NCBI GenBank assembly: GCA_963770835.1
Contig: CAVYRH010000026.1
Coordinates: forward strand, 96,001-160,000
DNA from: an uncultured Pseudomonadota bacterium
GTDB taxonomy: Bacteria; Oederibacteriota; Muellerivitia; Muellerivitales; Muellerivitaceae
DNA length: 64,000 bases
Reading direction: 5' to 3'
The notes beneath the pieces were generated by a model, which made no database searches, was not told the origin of the DNA, and saw nothing but the letters and a program-made list of their open reading frames with translations. This document shows, one piece after another, positions 1 through 8,582 of this stretch. The stretch's first letter is position 1. Every line of letters begins with the position of its first letter. Made by a program: the position numbers and the translations under genes.

Positions 1-341
1 TCAGAATTAAAAAGAACAATATTCTTAGTCCTGATTATTTTAAAAATTCGAAGGAACATTTAAGCCATGCTTTCGTTGTATTTGTGGAATACAGCTTTTC
101 CGGGCCAAAAAATTTAAAATCAATAAGTGACGATAAAATCATAAATGGCGTAAGACATGCATGGGTTGGTCCATGGATGATCTTTCATTTGGATTGTACG
201 GAAGCAAATGATTCTGGAACTCTGAAGTTCGAATACGGTTCAAATATTGTTCCGCCCTATGATGTCGCTAAGTTGATATCGGCACAAACGCGACAGACAC
301 TGCGAAAAAAGCCGGTTATGACGTTCAATTCAGCTCTTTAA
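1..341 (+). CDS. hypothetical protein, 5'-truncated by window edge; AT-rich
   Basis: The frame of ORF 84..341 is open back to position 3 (RIKKNNILSPDYFK...). Composition is much more AT-rich than the core genes. Confidence 0.5.
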   Translation, partial: RIKKNNILSPDYFKNSKEHLSHAFVVFVEYSFSGPKNLKSISDDKIINGVRHAWVGPWMIFHLDCTEANDSGTLKFEYGSNIVPPYDVAKLISAQTRQTLRKKPVMTFNSAL

Positions 342-546
342 GCTTAATAACTACCCCAAAGATGTTGGGAAAAATTTCATTACTTGTTCCCGGCTATTCC
401 TCAGTCTTTAAAAATTCCGGTATGGTCGAAGTAAATGCGGAAGATTCATCGATTTTATACAGGGGTTTTCCAACGGGGGGACCGATATTAGTTCCTATTA
501 CGAGTCAGTTCAAAAAGAAGTAAGGTCCAAGAAGAAGGAGTTCTTA

Positions 547-693
547 TTGATCTTTGATCAACTAATACGGGACCGGGTCACCCACGACCATGAAACCCTT
601 TTCGCGGTGGACGCGGGGGCGGGAACGGGGAAGACCACGCTCCTGGTTTCCCGGCTCATCGCGCTCTTGGTCGAAAACAGGATTGCGGCCTAA
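547..693 (+). pseudogene. truncated duplicate of the addA 5' end (48 codons, includes Walker A)
   Basis: Translates MIFDQLIRDRVTHDHETLFAVDAGAGTGKTTLLVSRLIALLVENRIAA*. HETLF...LIALL is identical to the N-terminus of 1559..5266. Preceded by AAGGAG. Confidence 0.85.
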
Positions 694-740
694 TGACTGT
701 TCTTTTGAATCCGCTTGATTTTCATTGGTCGCTATGAGAA

Positions 741-763
741 TATGACCATGATATATAGTCATA
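741..763. promoter_or_regulatory. probable TA operator palindrome
   Basis: TATGACCAT-N5-ATAGTCATA inverted repeat directly before the antitoxin RBS (AAGGAG). Confidence 0.6.
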
Positions 764-773
764 AGGAGAAACC

Positions 774-1001
774 ATGAAAACCATCGCCGCCGGTGAATTT
801 AAGGCCAAGTGCCTTTCCCTATTGGATGAGGTCAGCCGCGCCCATGAAACCATCGTGGTGACCAAACGGGGGATTCCCGTGGCAAAGGTGGCCCCGGTAC
901 TTAAAGAAAAGGGCGGCCGCCATGCTTCCCTTCGCGGGAGCATTTTGGCAGAGAAAAACCTTATCCATCCGATCGGGGATAGCTGGGAAGCCGAGCAATG
1001 A
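774..1001 (+). CDS. vapB: Phd/YefM-family antitoxin
   Basis: MKTIAAGEFKAKCLSLLDEV...IVVTKRGIPVAKVAP; ATGA overlap with the PIN toxin. Confidence 0.9.
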   Translation: MKTIAAGEFKAKCLSLLDEVSRAHETIVVTKRGIPVAKVAPVLKEKGGRHASLRGSILAEKNLIHPIGDSWEAEQ

Positions 1002-1384
1002 TTCTTTTGGATACCCATGCCTGGATTTGGTGGTGCACGGGTTCTTCCAAGATTTCCCCGAAGGCCTTAAAGGCCATTAAAGCCGAAGAAACGGTGGGGA
1101 TTTGCGCCATTAGCTGTTGGGAAGTCGGGATGCTGGTGGCGAAAAAGCGGTTGGTCTTGGACCGGGACGTGGAGGTATGGGTAGACCAGGCCTTGAAATT
1201 CCCCAAAGTCCAGTTGATCCCCCTGACACCCCGGGTTGCCGTGAAAAGCACCTTGCTGGGGGAAGGATTCCATGGGGACCCGGTTGATCGGATCTTGGTG
1301 GCCACCGCGGCGGACTATGGTTGTCCCCTCGTCAGCAAGGATGAGCGAATCCATCGTTTCAAGGGCATCAAGGTGATTTGGTAA
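998..1384 (+). CDS. vapC: VapC PIN-domain toxin
   Basis: ILLDTHAWIW, ISCWE, HGDPVDRILVATA, LVSKD PIN motifs. Confidence 0.92.
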   Translation: MILLDTHAWIWWCTGSSKISPKALKAIKAEETVGICAISCWEVGMLVAKKRLVLDRDVEVWVDQALKFPKVQLIPLTPRVAVKSTLLGEGFHGDPVDRILVATAADYGCPLVSKDERIHRFKGIKVIW

Positions 1385-1389
1385 AAGAT

Positions 1390-1539
1390 ATGCGGAACAC
1401 ACCTGAACCGAAAAAAGCGCCTGCGGCGGATCAAATCGTCGCTATGGAGGATAAACACCGACAAGGCTACCTTTCTCATCCCGCCACAAAAAAGGAATTT
1501 GGGGTTTGGGAAAAGGAACAGGCTTGGGGGGATGAGTGA
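1390..1539 (+). pseudogene. orphan/truncated antitoxin-like ORF (49 aa)
   Basis: MRNTPEPKKAPAADQIVAMEDKHRQGYLSHPATKKEFGVWEKEQAWGDE* resembles, from memory, the C-terminus of RHH/CopG antitoxins that precede MazF/PemK toxins. No RHH N-terminus and no toxin follow. Confidence 0.5.
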
Positions 1540-1558
1540 AGGTTAATAAGGCGATTTA

Positions 1559-4500
1559 ATGATCTCAGACCAGTCCGTTCGGGACCACATTATCCATGAA
1601 CATGAGACCCTCTTCGCGGTGGATGCGGGGGCGGGAACTGGTAAGACCACGCTCCTGGTTTCCCGGCTCATCGCGCTTCTCCTGGAAAAGCAGGCGCCCT
1701 TAAGCCGCATCGCGGCCATCACCTTCACCGAAAAGGCCGCGGCTGAATTGGCAGAGCGGCTCCGATCCAAGCTCGAAGAGGCTCTCAGTAAGCACCCCGA
1801 CCAAAAAGCCCTGATTCTCCAAGCCCTCGAAGATATGGAAAGAGCCCCCATTTCCACCATCCATTCCTTCTGCGCGGGGCTTTTGCGGGAATACCCGGTG
1901 GAAGCGGGAGTGGACCCCCAGTTCACCCTCCTCGACGAAGTGCAATCGGGGGCCTTCGAGGACCAGGCCTGGGACTATTGGCTCAAGAAGAACCTGGCCA
2001 AGCCCGTCGAACCCTTATTCCAGTTCCTTCGTTTGGGCGGCACCTTCGAGCATGTGGATGAACTCAAGCAGTTCCTGAAGCGCAACCGCACCCTTTTGGC
2101 CCTGTCATCCCCCAAACCCTTGCCTTCGGTCCAATCTTTTAAGTATCAATTCAGTTCCTTCGTGGCTTTGACGAAGAAGGAAGCCACCCAATGCGCCAAG
2201 CATGAGGATACCCTTTATGTGGCTCTTGAAGCCTTTTGGGCCCAGTGCACGGCTATCGAATCTTTAAATACACCCTCGCCCCTTGGCCGTGGTTTTGAGG
2301 GTACACAGGGGCTCTTCCCTGTGAAAGCTGTTGGGGAGATGGGTAGGGTGAGGGGTAAGCAGGAGAGTCACCCTCATCCCGACCTTCTCCCGTCAAGGGA
2401 GAAGGGGAAACCAATCGATGGTGACTCACTGTCTGAGGATATTGCCTTTGAGTTGGCGAACTTGAAGGTTCCCAAGGTCGGCAACAAGGGCGCCCAAGGC
2501 AATTGGGGGAAAGAGCGGTTGGCCGCCCTGCGGGAGGGGTTCGTGAAGCTGGCGGAGGACCATCAGACGGCATTTGCCTCCTTCAAAGAGGCCGCCGTCC
2601 TGAACCTGGTCCATTGGATCGGGGGATACCTGAAGGAATGGGAAAGCCAAAAGGCCCAGGGCGGCTTCCTCGATTTCGACGACCTACTCCTCAAGACCCG
2701 GGACCTTTTGCGGGACTATCCCGAAGCGCGGGAAGAGATGAAGCAACGGCTCGACTACCTCTTCGTGGACGAGTTCCAGGATACCGATCCCCTGCAAGTC
2801 GAGATTGTTTTCTTTCTCTCGGAGAAATTGGCCCCCCTACGCCATCCCACTACGCCCGATGGGCTTCGAGGGACAGGCGGCTTCGGGGGGCGGCCTCAAG
2901 TTATTGATTGGAAGAAGATTGAACTTGAGGCCGGCAAGCTTTTCCTGGTCGGCGATCCCAAGCAAAGCATCTACCGCTTCCGCCGCGCGGACGTCGCCAT
3001 CTATGAGGCGACGAAGGAACGCATCCTCGCCAACGGAGGCAGGGTCGAGGTTTTGGCCGAAAACTTCCGCACCGTAGGCGGTTTGGTGGAATGGGTCAAC
3101 GGCTGTTTTCCTACCCTCTTCGAGGGCACGGGCATCCACTATCACCCCTTGAACGCGAGCCGGGAGAAAGGAAAGACCGAGGGTACATTGCCCATCCTTT
3201 GGGGCTTGAGCATCCAGGCGTCCAAGGAAGAAAAACCGGGCAAGGCCCTCCTTCGGCAGCTCGAGGCCGAAGGGGTGGCGACCTTCCTGAAAGAGCAAGT
3301 GTTGGGCGGCGGGTTCACGGTTTCGGACCCCAAGACCCACGAAAGGCGGCCGGTCAAGAAGGGCGACATCGCCATCCTTTTCCGGGACCTCTCCAACGAC
3401 AACGAGGAATTCTGGGAGGAAGCCCTCCGTAAACGGGACCTTTCCTACCAGATCGTGGGGGGAAAGAGGTTCTACAACCGCCCCGAGATCGTGGCCCTTT
3501 CCACCCTCTTGACCTGCCTTTCCTCGCCCGCCGACGAGGCGGGCTGTGTTGCCGTCCTCCGAGGGCCTTTGTTCGGTTTCAGCGACGAGGAACTGTTCCT
3601 TCACCATGCCGGCGGCGGGAACTTTCAATTCTTAAATCCCTCAAATTCCGGCAAAGACACCCCTCACCCTGACCCTCTCCCTCAAGGGGCGAGGGTAGCT
3701 AGTTCCCCTTCTCCCTTGAGGGGAGAAGGACGGGATGAGGGTGATTCAAAGGATTCTCCTCAAAGATATAGAGAAAAAATAAAGTTGGCATTCTCCTATC
3801 TTAGGGAATGGCATCAAGCCACCCGAACCTTAGGGGTGTCGGATACTCTCGCGAAACTCTATGAAAGCACCAACCTGCTCGCCGTGACGGCGGGCCAGCC
3901 CCATGGGGAACAGCGGGTGGCGAACCTGATGAAGGTGCTCGACCAGGCACGGGACCTGGAGACCTCCCAACATTTCACCTACCGGGCCTTCACCCATTGG
4001 CTGACGACCCAACAAGAGGAAGGGACCATGGAGGGTGAGGCCCCCGGGCCCGATTCCTCCGAGGACCGCACCGGTGTCTTTAATGACACCGGCACCGTCA
4101 AATCCAGCGCCTCGGCTGGTAGCCTCGGCGCAGACCGCATCACCCTCATGACCATCCACAAGGCCAAAGGGCTCGAATTCCCAATCGTATTTGTGTCGGG
4201 CCTGGCCGCCGACCCCAAGGACTCGGGGAGCCTGGTGGACCGCAAACATTCGATAGGGGCTTTCAAAGTGGGGAAGGCGGACCTGGGTCTAAGGACCCTG
4301 AACTACGAGGCCGTGCGGGATGAGGAGGAGGTCCAACGCAAGGCCGAGGACACCCGCCTGCTTTACGTGGCGGCCACCCGGGCCCGGGATTGCCTTCTTT
4401 TGCCGCATTTCCAATTCTCACCCGAAAGCAAGACCCAGAATGAGAGCCTTTTCGCTGGGCCGCTGCTGAAGGCCCTGGAGGAAAACAGCGCGCTGGTGCT

Positions 4501-5266
4501 ATCTGCGCCGAGGCCACCAGCCGAGGCGCAAGATTTGACGGCACGGGCGTCCTTACAGACGCCGGTGCATTGGGTCGAGCCGAAGGAAGATGCCGAACCC
4601 TTGGGCGACCCCCCGGCCTGGGTGGTGCCCTTGGACGAAAAACCGGGAGTGGCTTTGGAAGTTGAGAAGGAAAAGCTCAAGAACGAGCAGGAAGCCCGTA
4701 AGAAAAAACTCGAAACCTTACGCAGCGAGAAGGATTTCAAATCCGTCACATCGGTCCTGAGTGTGGACGCGGATAAAAAGGAGCGGGAAGAACGGGTCTT
4801 TGATGAACCGGAAGCGGTCTCACCCTGGGGTGGGAAGGACCTGGGTTCCTTCGCCCATCTTTTATTGGAAAAGGGCTGGGATTGGGATAGTGCTACTTTG
4901 AAAAAAGCAGCTTCGTTCTACGCGGAGAAGATGGGGATTCCCGGGGAACAAGCGGACATGGCCGTGGGATGGGTGGAGAAAGCTCTCGGAAGCGCACTCA
5001 TTAAAAGAGCCAAAGATTCCAAAAAGGCTTATCGGGAATTACCCATCACCGGAAAGCGGAAGGATGGAACCTACTTGAACGCGGTCATCGACCTGGCTTT
5101 CTTCGAAAACGATGAGTGGGTTATTGTGGATTACAAGAGCGACCAAGACCCCAAGAAACTCGAGGAAAAATACAAAGAGCAATTGGGCTATTACAGGGAA
5201 ATGTTGGAGACCCTGACCCAAAAGAAGGTCAAAGAAACCAAATTATTGTTCCTCCGAAAACTTTGA
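1559..5266 (+). CDS. addA: UvrD/AddA-like ATP-dependent helicase with C-terminal PD-(D/E)XK nuclease
   Basis: Helicase motifs AGAGTGKT, ITFTEKAA, STIHSF, VDEFQDT, VGDPKQSIYRFR, MTIHKAKGLEF, LLYVAATRAR; nuclease IDL...IVDYKS...QL. Confidence 0.88.
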   Translation: MISDQSVRDHIIHEHETLFAVDAGAGTGKTTLLVSRLIALLLEKQAPLSRIAAITFTEKAAAELAERLRSKLEEALSKHPDQKALILQALEDMERAPISTIHSFCAGLLREYPVEAGVDPQFTLLDEVQSGAFEDQAWDYWLKKNLAKPVEPLFQFLRLGGTFEHVDELKQFLKRNRTLLALSSPKPLPSVQSFKYQFSSFVALTKKEATQCAKHEDTLYVALEAFWAQCTAIESLNTPSPLGRGFEGTQGLFPVKAVGEMGRVRGKQESHPHPDLLPSREKGKPIDGDSLSEDIAFELANLKVPKVGNKGAQGNWGKERLAALREGFVKLAEDHQTAFASFKEAAVLNLVHWIGGYLKEWESQKAQGGFLDFDDLLLKTRDLLRDYPEAREEMKQRLDYLFVDEFQDTDPLQVEIVFFLSEKLAPLRHPTTPDGLRGTGGFGGRPQVIDWKKIELEAGKLFLVGDPKQSIYRFRRADVAIYEATKERILANGGRVEVLAENFRTVGGLVEWVNGCFPTLFEGTGIHYHPLNASREKGKTEGTLPILWGLSIQASKEEKPGKALLRQLEAEGVATFLKEQVLGGGFTVSDPKTHERRPVKKGDIAILFRDLSNDNEEFWEEALRKRDLSYQIVGGKRFYNRPEIVALSTLLTCLSSPADEAGCVAVLRGPLFGFSDEELFLHHAGGGNFQFLNPSNSGKDTPHPDPLPQGARVASSPSPLRGEGRDEGDSKDSPQRYREKIKLAFSYLREWHQATRTLGVSDTLAKLYESTNLLAVTAGQPHGEQRVANLMKVLDQARDLETSQHFTYRAFTHWLTTQQEEGTMEGEAPGPDSSEDRTGVFNDTGTVKSSASAGSLGADRITLMTIHKAKGLEFPIVFVSGLAADPKDSGSLVDRKHSIGAFKVGKADLGLRTLNYEAVRDEEEVQRKAEDTRLLYVAATRARDCLLLPHFQFSPESKTQNESLFAGPLLKALEENSALVLSAPRPPAEAQDLTARASLQTPVHWVEPKEDAEPLGDPPAWVVPLDEKPGVALEVEKEKLKNEQEARKKKLETLRSEKDFKSVTSVLSVDADKKEREERVFDEPEAVSPWGGKDLGSFAHLLLEKGWDWDSATLKKAASFYAEKMGIPGEQADMAVGWVEKALGSALIKRAKDSKKAYRELPITGKRKDGTYLNAVIDLAFFENDEWVIVDYKSDQDPKKLEEKYKEQLGYYREMLETLTQKKVKETKLLFLRKL
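2273..2407. repeat. palindromic repeat (CCCTCxCCC...GGGAGAxGG type) inserted in frame in addA, with a nested second element
   Basis: ccctcgcccct...ggggagatgggtagggtgagggg...ccctcatcccgaccttctcccgtcaagggagaagggg; related to 3658-3744. Confidence 0.8.
2831..2891. repeat. nested CTACGC...GCTTCG palindromic repeat in frame in addA
   Basis: Outer gcccccctacgcc...ggcttcggggggc encloses inner tcccactacgccc-gat-gggcttcgaggga. Confidence 0.7.
3658..3744. repeat. palindromic repeat inserted in frame in addA
   Basis: cacccctcaccctgaccctctccctcaaggggcgaggg...ccttctcccttgaggggagaaggacgggatgagggtga; encodes PHPDPLPQGARV...SPLRGEGRDEG. Confidence 0.8.
4064..4139. repeat. 69-bp two-hairpin element, copy 1, flanked by GACCGCA direct repeat
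   Basis: gaccgca at 4064 and 4133; reverse complement matches 4492-4569. Confidence 0.85.
4492..4569. repeat. 69-bp two-hairpin element, copy 2 (inverted)
   Basis: tctgcgccgaggccaccagccgaggcgcaagatttgacgg...agacgccggtgc; ggtgc repeated at 69-bp spacing. Confidence 0.85.
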
Positions 5267-5271
5267 CCCAC

Positions 5272-7392
5272 CTACCGGCAAAGGGCCAGAAATTTTTTCA
5301 AGTCGTACTTCGGATCAAACTTCGCCGTGCGCTGGAAGCATTCCTTAGCCCGGTTGAAGTCCCCTTCCTTGACGAGGGCCAGCCCCAAGCGGTGGTAAAC
5401 GCCCGCGAATTTTCGGTCCAGAAAGGGGAAGGACCGGATCGCTTCCACCGGCTGACCCAGCAACCACTGGGCCGGGGTCATATCCGAACTCACCAGCAGG
5501 ATGTCCAAACCCTTTTCCAGGACCCAGCTTTTTAAAAGCGGGTCACTCCCACAGGAAGGATAAAGGGCCCAAAGTTTTTCCAAGACGGGCGTGAAGTCGG
5601 GATTTTCCACCACATAGGGCATCCCGCCGTAGGCATCCTGCAAAACCTGGTGGACCTCCTTCCATTTGAGGAATATCTTTTGCTCTCCGGGTGAGGTGAT
5701 GGGAACAAGGACCAGGCAAAGAATGGGGCCGTTGGCGGCGGGATCGGATAAAACCTCGGACCGCGCCCGGGGAAACCTTTCTTGAAGGGTCTGGACGTAG
5801 TGAAGGTCGGTGAGGATCGCGGCCCAAGAGGCTTTTTCCGGCTCGAGCCGGGGATTGCGGGCCGCGTTGAAAGGGTAAGTGGACACCAGGAGGGATTGGT
5901 CATAGGCATCGGAAACGAAATCGCTGAAGACAAAACCCGGCCCCTGGCTTTCCTCCGTTTCCCTCAACAATTGAAACGCCCGGTAACGTTCCGGGGATTT
6001 GATGTGGATGCCTGGAACCATATTGGCGGACCATTGGTGAAACACCCCGAACAAGTGATAACTGTCCAAGCCAAGGGACAGGGCCAAGACCAGAAGAAAA
6101 AGGCTTTTTCGGGCGGAGGGTAGGAGGGTGGACAGCAGGATTCCCAGCCCTCCCGCCACCGGCACGAGGCACAAGGGCATAATGAGATCGGTGCGGAAGC
6201 ATTCCAGGGTGTTGAAGAAAAAAGCCGGCAGAAACAAAAGACCCAGCGCCGCCCACCACCAGCTCCTCCAAGTTTTTCCCAGGAATCCGCGCCAGGTTCC
6301 CAGCCCGGTGAAAAACAAGGCATCCCAGACGGGATTGAAAAATCCGCCCCAAAGGGGGGCGAAACTCCAATAGGAACGGTCGATGGGGCCCCAAAAGACG
6401 GCGGTGAAATAAGACAGGATGGACGCTCCTTGACGGTCCCAGGGGGTTCCCTGGCGGCTGAAGACGGAATAAGTAAAGACATGCCCTCCTGCGATATTCT
6501 TTAGGAACGCGGCGTCCATCGGCAGGGACAAAAGCACCGCGGGGAAGAGATAGGCCAGGAAAACTTTCCAACCCAGTCCCGGTTTTTTCCGGCAAGAAAG
6601 GTAAACCCCCGCCGTGACAAGGGCAGCCGGGGCCACAAAAAGCATGGAAGCGTAAAAACTTCCGCCCACGAGGAGGCCCAAAAGGAACGCCCGCCGTCCC
6701 GAAAGCCTGGAAGGAGCTCCCAGGAAAAGGCCCAAGACGCCCAACAGGAGGAATTCCACCACCCATTGGAGCACTCCCAGGTAGGCGTCGAATTTACCGT
6801 AGTAAAGGGGCCAAAAACCAAGGGCCAACAGCGCGGCGTAAAGGAAGGAAAAGGATGAAGGGAAAAAACGGCGGACAGCCCACCATCCCAAAGGCACGGC
6901 CAACAGCGACAGCAAGGCGGGATAAAGCCACATGGAATAAAGGGAAGGCGCAAAAACCCTGAAGAATCCCCCTTGCAGCCAGGTGAAAAGCGGCATGGTT
7001 TTTTCATGGCCGATCAAAAGGGGCCAAGACCCTTTTTCGCAAAGGCCGATGGCGAAGTAACTGTAATTAGCGTCATCCCATGTCGGCCAGACGGGAACGG
7101 AAACCAGGCCGTAAAGCCTCAGGAACAGCGCCAGGACGCCCAAGACCAAAACCATTCCCCTACCGTTCATTTCCAAGGAAGGGAATGGCTTCTCCGGGTT
7201 CACTTTGGCGAAGGCGGGTGAGAAAAAAACCAATGCCAGCTGCAGCACCAATCCCAGGGGGAAAAGCCAAAATCTCTGCCAGACGGTCCAGGGACCCCAA
7301 GCCAACAATGCGTTCAAACCCATGAGGATGAAAAACCTGGCCCAAATCCTCAGAGCCTCCGGCCGGCCGGTTTCCGCGAACAAGAGGGGCAT
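5272..7392 (-). CDS. GT-C (ArnT/PMT-like) membrane glycosyltransferase with C-terminal TPR-like region, paralog 1
   Basis: Multiple TM segments; WPTWDD, PLWGGFFNP, YPFNAARNP; C-terminal YHRLGLALVKEGDFNRAKECFQRTAKFDP. Confidence 0.7.
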   Translation of the reverse strand: MPLLFAETGRPEALRIWARFFILMGLNALLAWGPWTVWQRFWLFPLGLVLQLALVFFSPAFAKVNPEKPFPSLEMNGRGMVLVLGVLALFLRLYGLVSVPVWPTWDDANYSYFAIGLCEKGSWPLLIGHEKTMPLFTWLQGGFFRVFAPSLYSMWLYPALLSLLAVPLGWWAVRRFFPSSFSFLYAALLALGFWPLYYGKFDAYLGVLQWVVEFLLLGVLGLFLGAPSRLSGRRAFLLGLLVGGSFYASMLFVAPAALVTAGVYLSCRKKPGLGWKVFLAYLFPAVLLSLPMDAAFLKNIAGGHVFTYSVFSRQGTPWDRQGASILSYFTAVFWGPIDRSYWSFAPLWGGFFNPVWDALFFTGLGTWRGFLGKTWRSWWWAALGLLFLPAFFFNTLECFRTDLIMPLCLVPVAGGLGILLSTLLPSARKSLFLLVLALSLGLDSYHLFGVFHQWSANMVPGIHIKSPERYRAFQLLRETEESQGPGFVFSDFVSDAYDQSLLVSTYPFNAARNPRLEPEKASWAAILTDLHYVQTLQERFPRARSEVLSDPAANGPILCLVLVPITSPGEQKIFLKWKEVHQVLQDAYGGMPYVVENPDFTPVLEKLWALYPSCGSDPLLKSWVLEKGLDILLVSSDMTPAQWLLGQPVEAIRSFPFLDRKFAGVYHRLGLALVKEGDFNRAKECFQRTAKFDPKYDLKKFLALCR

Positions 7393-7475
7393 GAAGCTAT
7401 TATTTGAAGGGGGATTGGGTTTTGCCAGTTAATTTTATTCCAATGGAAGAAATGTGAAGAAGGTAAAATAACCTT

Positions 7476-8429
7476 ATGCCCCATTCCCACGAGCATATGC
7501 ACAGCCGGGCCGGCTTTCCCCACGACCATGAACACTCCGAGGGGCATGACCATTCCCACGGCCCCAGCCGCCGCGGCCAGATGCTTTGGGCCATTGGCAT
7601 CACCGGCTCCATCCTGGTCCTGGAAGTCATCGGGGGTTTCCTGTCCCATTCCTTGGCCCTCTTGTCCGACGCGGGCCACATGCTGACCGACCTGGCGGCG
7701 CTGCTCATTTCCTTGGCCGCCATGGTTATGGCCGAAAGGCCGGTCAGCGACCGCCATACATACGGTTTCGCGCGCCTGGAAGTGCTGGCGGCTTTCGGCA
7801 ACGCCATCACCTTCTTCGTCATGGTGGGGGCGGTGGGTTGGGAAGCCTTCCAGCGGCTTTCCACGCCCTCCCTGCCCGAATGTAAAACCATGGGCCTGAT
7901 CGCCGCCATCGGGCTTTTGGCCAACATCCTCTCGGCCTGGTTTCTCCACGGGGCCCATGAGGACGATCTGAACATGAAGAGCGCCTGGATCCATGTCATG
8001 GGGGACCTGGCTTCCTCGGTGGGGGTGCTGGTGGGTGTGGCGGTCATCGCCAAGACCGGCTGGACCTGGGTGGACCCGGTCCTCAGTTTGGGAATCGCCG
8101 CCTTGATCGCCCTGAGCGCTTTCAAGCTTTTCTGGAAGGCCCTGCATATTCTTTTAGAGTCGGCCCCAAGGGGGCTGACGCCGGAGAGGATTAGTTCCTG
8201 CCTGACATCCCATATTCCCCAGGTCAAGGAAGTCCACCACGTGCATCTTTGGGAAGTGGGGTCCGGGGAAATCCACCTGACCGCCCATGTGGTGGTGGAG
8301 GACCAACCCTTGAGCCGGGCCCAGGACATCCTGGAACGGGCGGTGAAGGACCTGGAAAGGGAATGCGGCATCCACCACGCTACCCTCCAGCTGGAATCCT
8401 CAGGGCGGGAACTCAAGGGCAATTCTTGA
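7476..8429 (+). CDS. czcD: cation diffusion facilitator (Zn/Co/Cd efflux)
   Basis: His-rich N-terminus; SLALLSDAGHMLTD, TYGFARLEVL, NMKSAWIHVMGD, HLW. Confidence 0.9.
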   Translation: MPHSHEHMHSRAGFPHDHEHSEGHDHSHGPSRRGQMLWAIGITGSILVLEVIGGFLSHSLALLSDAGHMLTDLAALLISLAAMVMAERPVSDRHTYGFARLEVLAAFGNAITFFVMVGAVGWEAFQRLSTPSLPECKTMGLIAAIGLLANILSAWFLHGAHEDDLNMKSAWIHVMGDLASSVGVLVGVAVIAKTGWTWVDPVLSLGIAALIALSAFKLFWKALHILLESAPRGLTPERISSCLTSHIPQVKEVHHVHLWEVGSGEIHLTAHVVVEDQPLSRAQDILERAVKDLERECGIHHATLQLESSGRELKGNS

Positions 8430-8582
8430 CCGACCAACCGAATCTTCGCAGGGTTACAACGTCATCGTTCCGGCAGTCGTTTGACAAAACAATGAACCGG
8501 GCGATAATGAACAACTAATGAGCCGGCTAATTCATCTTCCATCCTCATTTTGAAACTCCGTCTGAAAGGCCCCAAGCCGGTT

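Noticed and set aside
362..523. 53-codon AT-rich ORF (MLGKISLLVPG...)
   Set aside because: No clear RBS or motif; cannot be distinguished from chance or a fragment of the upstream gene
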